Below, piece after piece: positions 58,501 to 64,000 of a stretch of 64,000 nucleotides of DNA. The number at the start of each line of letters is the position of its first letter. Positions within the stretch are counted from its first letter, which is position 1. The stretch comes from Klebsormidium nitens (lineage: Eukaryota; Plantae; Klebsormidiophyceae). The notes under the pieces are model-generated. The model saw nothing but the letters and a program-made list of their open reading frames with translations. It did no database searches and was not told the DNA's origin. The position numbers were made by a program, and so were the translations under genes. The stretch is from positions 72,999 through 136,998 of the forward strand of contig DF237158.1 in assembly GCA_000708835.1 (NCBI GenBank), given 5' to 3'.

Positions 58501-61500
58501 GGATGCCGGGGGAGAACGGGGCCTTTGCAGGTAGAGTGTATTGAGAATCAGCCGAGGGGGGCGCCAGAGAGCGGAAGAGAGGCACACCCGGTGGTGGCGA
58601 GAGCGGCATAGGCCACAGGCCCGGGTGTCGAATGCTAACAGTAGAAAGGAGGGAGGGAAAGGCACTCGAAGAGAGGCAGAGACGTTTTACAACTGAGCTT
58701 CTCTGGTTCTGAATTGAGGGACTGTTAGAAGTATCAGATTAGTGCCTTTACAGACTGTGTTGAGCGGACCGTGTGAAACATTGGTCACAATGATGTGGGC
58801 ATTCTGCTTGTTTTGGACCTCGGGGCGTGGCAATCCGCCGCGGCTTACCCACAAAGACTGTCCGAAAGCAACAAGCGAGCATACCAACCAGCCCCCATGA
58901 GTGACTCTCTTCGTCACGTCGTTTCCTGCTTCCCATGTTTGCCTTGGCACGGTTCTTGCCGATACTTCACCTTCATCTTTGACGTATGCTTTCTTACTCA
59001 TCCCTGATGCTGCCCTTCGCCCTCTGATGTTGTCCTGCTTCTTTGATGTTCCCCTCTTTTTCTTGTCGCCTGATCGTCCTCAAAGTACCGTCTTCCTTCC
59101 CTTGTACTCGCTTCAAACTGTAGTCTCGTCTCTTGGTCATGTCTGGCTCGTCTTTCTGACGCGTCAGTATTTGAGGAAGTTTGTCTCCATGCCTGCTGCA
59201 CGTTCACTGCTCGGTATCAGTGTAGTGTGTATTTACACGTGCCACCGGCAGGCTCCCCAAAGCTAACATTCTTTTGAAGAGAAAGCGACAGTACCCAGGT
59301 TTGCAGAGACTAAAGTTGGCGGCCCTCCCCGGCCGGGCTTGCTCGGCGATGCTGCCGTACTGTCCCCTTGGTGTGTCCTCTTTGTGGGCCGTGCGGTCTG
59401 CCTTGACCCGCGCGCTGCTCTCTTGCAAGTGCAGGCTCCACGGCGCTCCTCGAGGCCACACGATCGTATGCGGGCCACCAGTCCACCGTCTTTGCTTTGG
59501 CCTACGGTAAACCGCTATGTCGAGCTGTTGTTTTTGAGTAGATTTAGTTTTGATTAGACTTAAGTCTTTCAGAACGCTGTATCAACGATCGGTTCATCAG
59601 TGCCCTTAGGCGCTCCTCGCATAGACCTTGTCTCCTGACAATTGTCTTTCTGCTAGGGGCAGTCGGTTGTTGGCCGTGAACAGCTGCATTTGGGGCCATG
59701 TTTTTAGGCCTTGTATGTGCCCTGCACTTTGCCTTGCGATTCGCCCTCGGGCCCCCGTCTGCTTCCGTCCACGTACGACCGCCTTGGCCACGTGGCTCCG
59801 TGTGCGCTTATTTCCCCCAGATGTGGTGCGTGACCAGCTGGTGAGCGCCAGCCGCGACGGGACGCTGCTCGTCTGGTCGCCGGAGGGACAGGTGGGCGCG
59901 CACACACTCGCAGCACCGGCCATACCCGGTTCTCGAGGGGCTGGCATGCCGAGAAGTTAGTGGTCGCAAGTATGGGCTACTGTGTTTAACTCGGACCATT
60001 TGCAAGTCGCTTACACATGCTGCCCTTTTCGAGCTTGCCTGCTGTACGTTTCTGCCTCGAGGCTTTCGAGTTGTCCAGGAACTTCGCCCGGCCGTCCCCC
60101 GGCCGTCCGCCAGCTGCCTGCCTTGCCCGTGCAGGTGGTGGACACGCTGGCGGTGGGCGGCCACTACGCGTGCGGCATGGACATCAACCACGCCACCCGG
60201 ACGCTCGTCATGTGCGGAGTCACCAAAGTGCGGACCCGGGCTAGCGTCCGCCCTTTCTTTTCGCTCTTTTTGAAGTCGGTTCTGAAGATTCAGGTCCTCT
60301 TGCTATCTGCGTTCGTTGGCGCTTTGCATGGTTCCGTTGGAGGTTCACGTTCTTCCTTCGAATACTGCTGGCTCGGGAACTCTTCTCAACGTACTATCCT
60401 CTTGCTGTTGACTCAAGAAGAAGCTTCGTAAGCCCTGGTCGCTGGCACTTCCTCCTGTCCTTGGGCCTTGGCGGGCCTGCTGTGTCGTCCTTCTCGACTC
60501 TGATGGCCCCCCCGGCGGATGTCGCGTGCAGGACGGGTCGGTGCCGGTTCCCCCCCTGGTGACCTTGTACGAGGCGAACGCGCGCAGCTGGCAGGAGACC
60601 GGCTCCACGCTGCGTTCCAACTCCAAGCTCGTCTCCTGCATTAAGGTGTGCCACCGCAGCTCGTCCCTGTCAGCAGGCTGGAAGAGCTTTTCTACGCAAG
60701 CAACTGCCGGTCGTTGCACGGGTAAGGTGACAACGTCGTACTTCGACGTGCGTGTGGCAGTGTGGCTGTAGTATGGCGGGGCTGATGCGGCGTGCTGCGG
60801 TGCAGGCCCTGGGCGATCAGAGCGAGCACGCATTCGTGACGGGGGAGACGCTGCACAGCCCGGGGTGAGGCCATCACACCACGCCGGGCTGCAGGCAATT
60901 TGTTTGCCCCTCTTTTCGAAATAGAAATGCGATTGGATCAGCTTTGCAAGGAAAGACTTATTACTTTAGGCACTTGCATCCTTTGGGACTTCACAGATGC
61001 CACAGCTTCACCGAGCACCTGTTGGTCTTGAATACCCTTTGCATTTGCGCGTACGTAGACGCCATGGCGTGCTTTGGTGTTCCTTTCGCGTATGTCTGGA
61101 CCGCTCTCGTTCCTGGCTGTCCTCCAGGGTGGGCGGCAGCACGGAGGTGGTGTGCCTGTACGACGTGGCCCACCAGCGCACCAAGGGCGCCCCCTTCGCC
61201 GCCATCCAGCCCGTCCGCCAATACGCCGAGCACACGGTGAGCCACCGCGGGGACCCACGTGGCCGACGAGCACAAGCTCGGACCCAGCCGCGGCTGTGCG
61301 CTGCTGTGCCCCACAGGCTATGCGCGGCGTGTCTCGTTGCCAGCAGGCGGCACCGGTGTAGAAGCTCCAGAAGAGTCCCCTTACGAGGCCCTCTCGTTGG
61401 AGCTGCTGCGAATCTTGACTTTCTTTGAAACGGGACACAGTGCTCACCGTCTCACCTTGGTTGCGTTACAATCCAGGTCGCGCATCCTTTTGAAAGTTGC

Positions 61501-63221
61501 TGACATATTTCACCCTTGCTATTGTGGTCCTTATTGCTGTCCTGGGCTTCCAAAAACGCTCATGCCGAGCAACGCAAGAGAAGAGGGCATCAGCATTTGC
61601 CATGATTATTCCTCTTGAGGCAAAGCTTCCTTTTTGTCGTCTTCCAACGGCCCCCAGGATTCATCTTGCCTGGTGCGGTCTTGTGCAGAACCTGGTGACG
61701 TGCCTCTCGCTGTTCCCGCCCAACCCGAACGTGTTCTTCTCCGGCTCCCGCGACTGCACCGTCAAGGTCTGGGACAGGCGCAGTGACCGCTCCGTAGGTC
61801 AGCCGCCCGCCCCACCGCGCGAAAGCTTCTCTCTATCGCTGCCTGATCTACTTGGGCCACAGTAGCTTCTTCCGTGCCAAAGGACTCCCCTTTGTCCTTG
61901 TATGTCTTCCATTCGGAACCTTTGAAACGCCGATATCTTGCTAAAGAAAGCACTTTGTAAGAGCTAGCCACGCTTACATGCTGCCGAGGTCAACCACTTT
62001 GGGACCTCACGTGGCATTGCCGTCTCGCTCTAGTTGCGGGCCTGCGTGACGTCCCTTGTGCCCCCCCCCTTTGGTGCAGGCTGCTTTGGCGAGGCGCGGC
62101 CGGGCGGCGGCGTGCAGGCGCACAGCGCGATGGTGACGTGCGTGGACGCGCTGGAGCCGTCGGCCATTGTGTCGTCGGGCATGGAGGGCACCGTGCACCG
62201 CTGGGACTTCCGCAAGCTCGCCACGCAGGTCAGCGCGCGTAGCAGATTGCTAGCCAAGGGGACCCACGCAGGCAATTGCTTCAGGAATACCTGCGGGTTT
62301 GCTGATTTTGAGAGGATTAGAAGTATCGTTCTAGATGGGGGAAGCTTTGTGTCGTAAACATGGACTCTTCACAGGCCTACACTTTATCTGTGCTGACGCG
62401 GGCTTCCTCGTCCAATTTTGGTCCGAAGTCCCATCCTCAGCTTAGAGTAATATTTTTGGTTCGGCGTCTCATCTTCGGAATTGCTCGAGCCCATCTTCGG
62501 AATTTCGAAGCTTACGCGAACTGCTCTGCTATTGGCTGAGCTACCTCTCACTTCCGTCGTGCTGTCTGCCTGACCGTGTCCTGCGCGACTGTGGCGCAGG
62601 CCGGCGCGGGCAGCCCCCCTGTGTCGACGCTGCACGTGGACGGGAGCGCCATCATGAAGGTGGCCCTCCGAGATGCGCACACCGCCGCCGTCAGCACGCT
62701 GCGCGGCCTCTACACCGCCGACATCGCAGCACCCGCACCGCAAGGTGCGCCCCTGCCCCGGACTGCTGCATCCCCGTACGTTGGCGTTGCCACTTGCAGA
62801 CGCTGCTTCACCGTGTGTTGCCCTGATATTGTACTGCTGTACTTCTTGTCTTGTGCACCATGTGATTGCAACGGCGAGCGCTCCTCGAGAGCCTCGTGCT
62901 GACCCGAGGACGGCTTGGCCAAAGCCTTTCTGCCACCAGCACATCATAGTCAGAACTGCCCATCGGCGCTCTGGCGCGGCCTGCGCAGCCGTTGTCTGTT
63001 GCTCGTGTCTGCGGCTCTCGGCAGCAGCGGCCCGGGGCCACGACGACTTCCGACCCCCTCGCCAGTGACCGCCTGTGTGCATATGTGCAGCTCATGCGGC
63101 TACACCATTTGCCGACAAGCGGCGGGTGGGTCGCTATCACGACCTGCGCTGGGGCAAGGATCGGAAGCAGCTCTTTGCTGGGGGGGAGGACTGCCGCGTC
63201 GACGTGTATGCAGTCAAGTGA
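55523..63221 (+). CDS. Uncharacterised protein: short N-terminal alpha/beta motif, Pro/Gln linker, helical (MIF4G/HEAT-like) domain, WD40 beta-propeller; 18 exons, ~641 aa
   Basis: In-phase GT-AG exons 55523-55596, 56299-56566, 56806-56906, 57136-57184, 57472-57583, 57820-57917, 58185-58261, 58436-58530, 59435-59506, 59821-59891, 60135-60227, 60532-60645, 60806-60864, 61128-61236, 61689-61797, 62080-62228, 62600-62744, 63091-63221. WD repeats: YAGHQSTVFALAYD...LVSASRDGTLLVWS, EHTNLVTCL...FFSGSRDCTVKVWDRR, AHSAMVTCVD...SSGMEGTVHRWDFRK, LFAGGEDCRVDVY. The helical-domain fold assignment is my inference. Confidence 0.75.
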
Positions 63222-64000
63222 GGCACTCTCGCGCTATGTGGGCAGGGCTCGATCGGGGCTACGACATATGCATCCTCGAGATCATTCGTTTCTAGGTCGC
63301 ATGGGCATCAAAGAAGAGGCCGATCGAAGCGTCAGCTCGAATCTACACAAATGACGTGACATAATCAATTAGGTTTTCAGTCAGGTTCATTTTTGACTTC
63401 AAGAGTTTGATTGTGGGTATTGCTTCAAGATACATTTTAAGCAAATGGGTTTGTCGGTGCTTTAGCGTTAGGTACAAGGAGACTCCTGGTATGTAGGCAC
63501 CTTCATATACAAGTGATCATCGGGTTATCTTTGTTGAGTGCGCTCCTAACTCTGATTGGCATATGGTGACAGAGGTGGATTTGAAGCAGTACGCAAGAGA
63601 AAGCGCGGCAGTGACCCTTGTGCAGAAAGGATGGTCCAAGGTTCCTTTGCGCTTGGAATGCACAGGCGCCGCCGCCACATGGTCCGACCCCCGGGGTCAT
63701 TTACCAGATTAGGGTCATATGCATGTTTATAACTGAACATCATGCAGTATATAATCGAATCAAATGCAAGCGGGCAGCTAGGAGCCAGGCTGGCAGCTGT
63801 ACGTCGATGCGGACCGACGGTCCATATATGACTCTCTTGCATGTCTTCCGGCACGCGTGACCGGTTAAGAAGTTCTAAGCTTGATTCTTGCCGCCAATTA
63901 AGCTGGTTTGCCGCCATGACATATATGTTGCGGTGGGCCGGCCGGCCTTAGCTTGCCTTTTCCATCCAACGCGGCCCGGCGGTCATTGCAATGACACAAG

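Noticed and set aside
59435-63221. WD40 protein as CstF50, given it lies next to CSTF77
   Set aside because: No recognisable CstF50 N-terminal dimerisation segment or CstF50-specific sequence; it joins in frame to an unrelated helical domain.
1-64000. tRNA, rRNA, snoRNA genes and autonomous transposon ORFs
   Set aside because: No T-loop/cloverleaf, rRNA signature, C/D box pair with terminal stem, or RT/integrase/transposase motifs found by eye. An Infernal/tRNAscan run would be needed to exclude divergent RNAs.

Overview
Intron-rich eukaryotic nuclear DNA with GC-rich exons and GT-AG introns. The gene content (LBD and SIP1-type trihelix factors, plant-type PEX6/SKI3/CSTF77) points to a streptophyte, and the style suggests a Klebsormidium-like charophyte alga (inference). 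I built nine protein-coding models by hand, checking splice phases (exon by exon for most; partially for SKI3 and CSTF77): PEX6 (-, truncated at the window start), a SIP1/ASIL-type trihelix TF (+), a class I LBD TF (+), RPB12 (-), PARN (+), SKI3/TTC37 (+), a secreted ExeM/NucH-family nuclease (-), CSTF77 (-) and an uncharacterised helical (MIF4G/HEAT-like)+WD40 protein (+). The most striking locus is the bacterial-type ExeM/NucH extracellular nuclease. It is fully intronised (13-14 exons) and has a signal peptide, an RRSL pro-site, two Ser-Pro3 extensin-like stalks and a Cys-rich tip, which suggests a horizontally acquired, wall-displayed DNase. Intergenic DNA holds a 15-bp-TSD poly(A) retro-insertion, a 206-bp MITE-like element and islands with very high GTAC/TpA density. 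No tRNA, rRNA or CRISPR array was found. Most ORFs in the supplied track are exon fragments or shadow frames.
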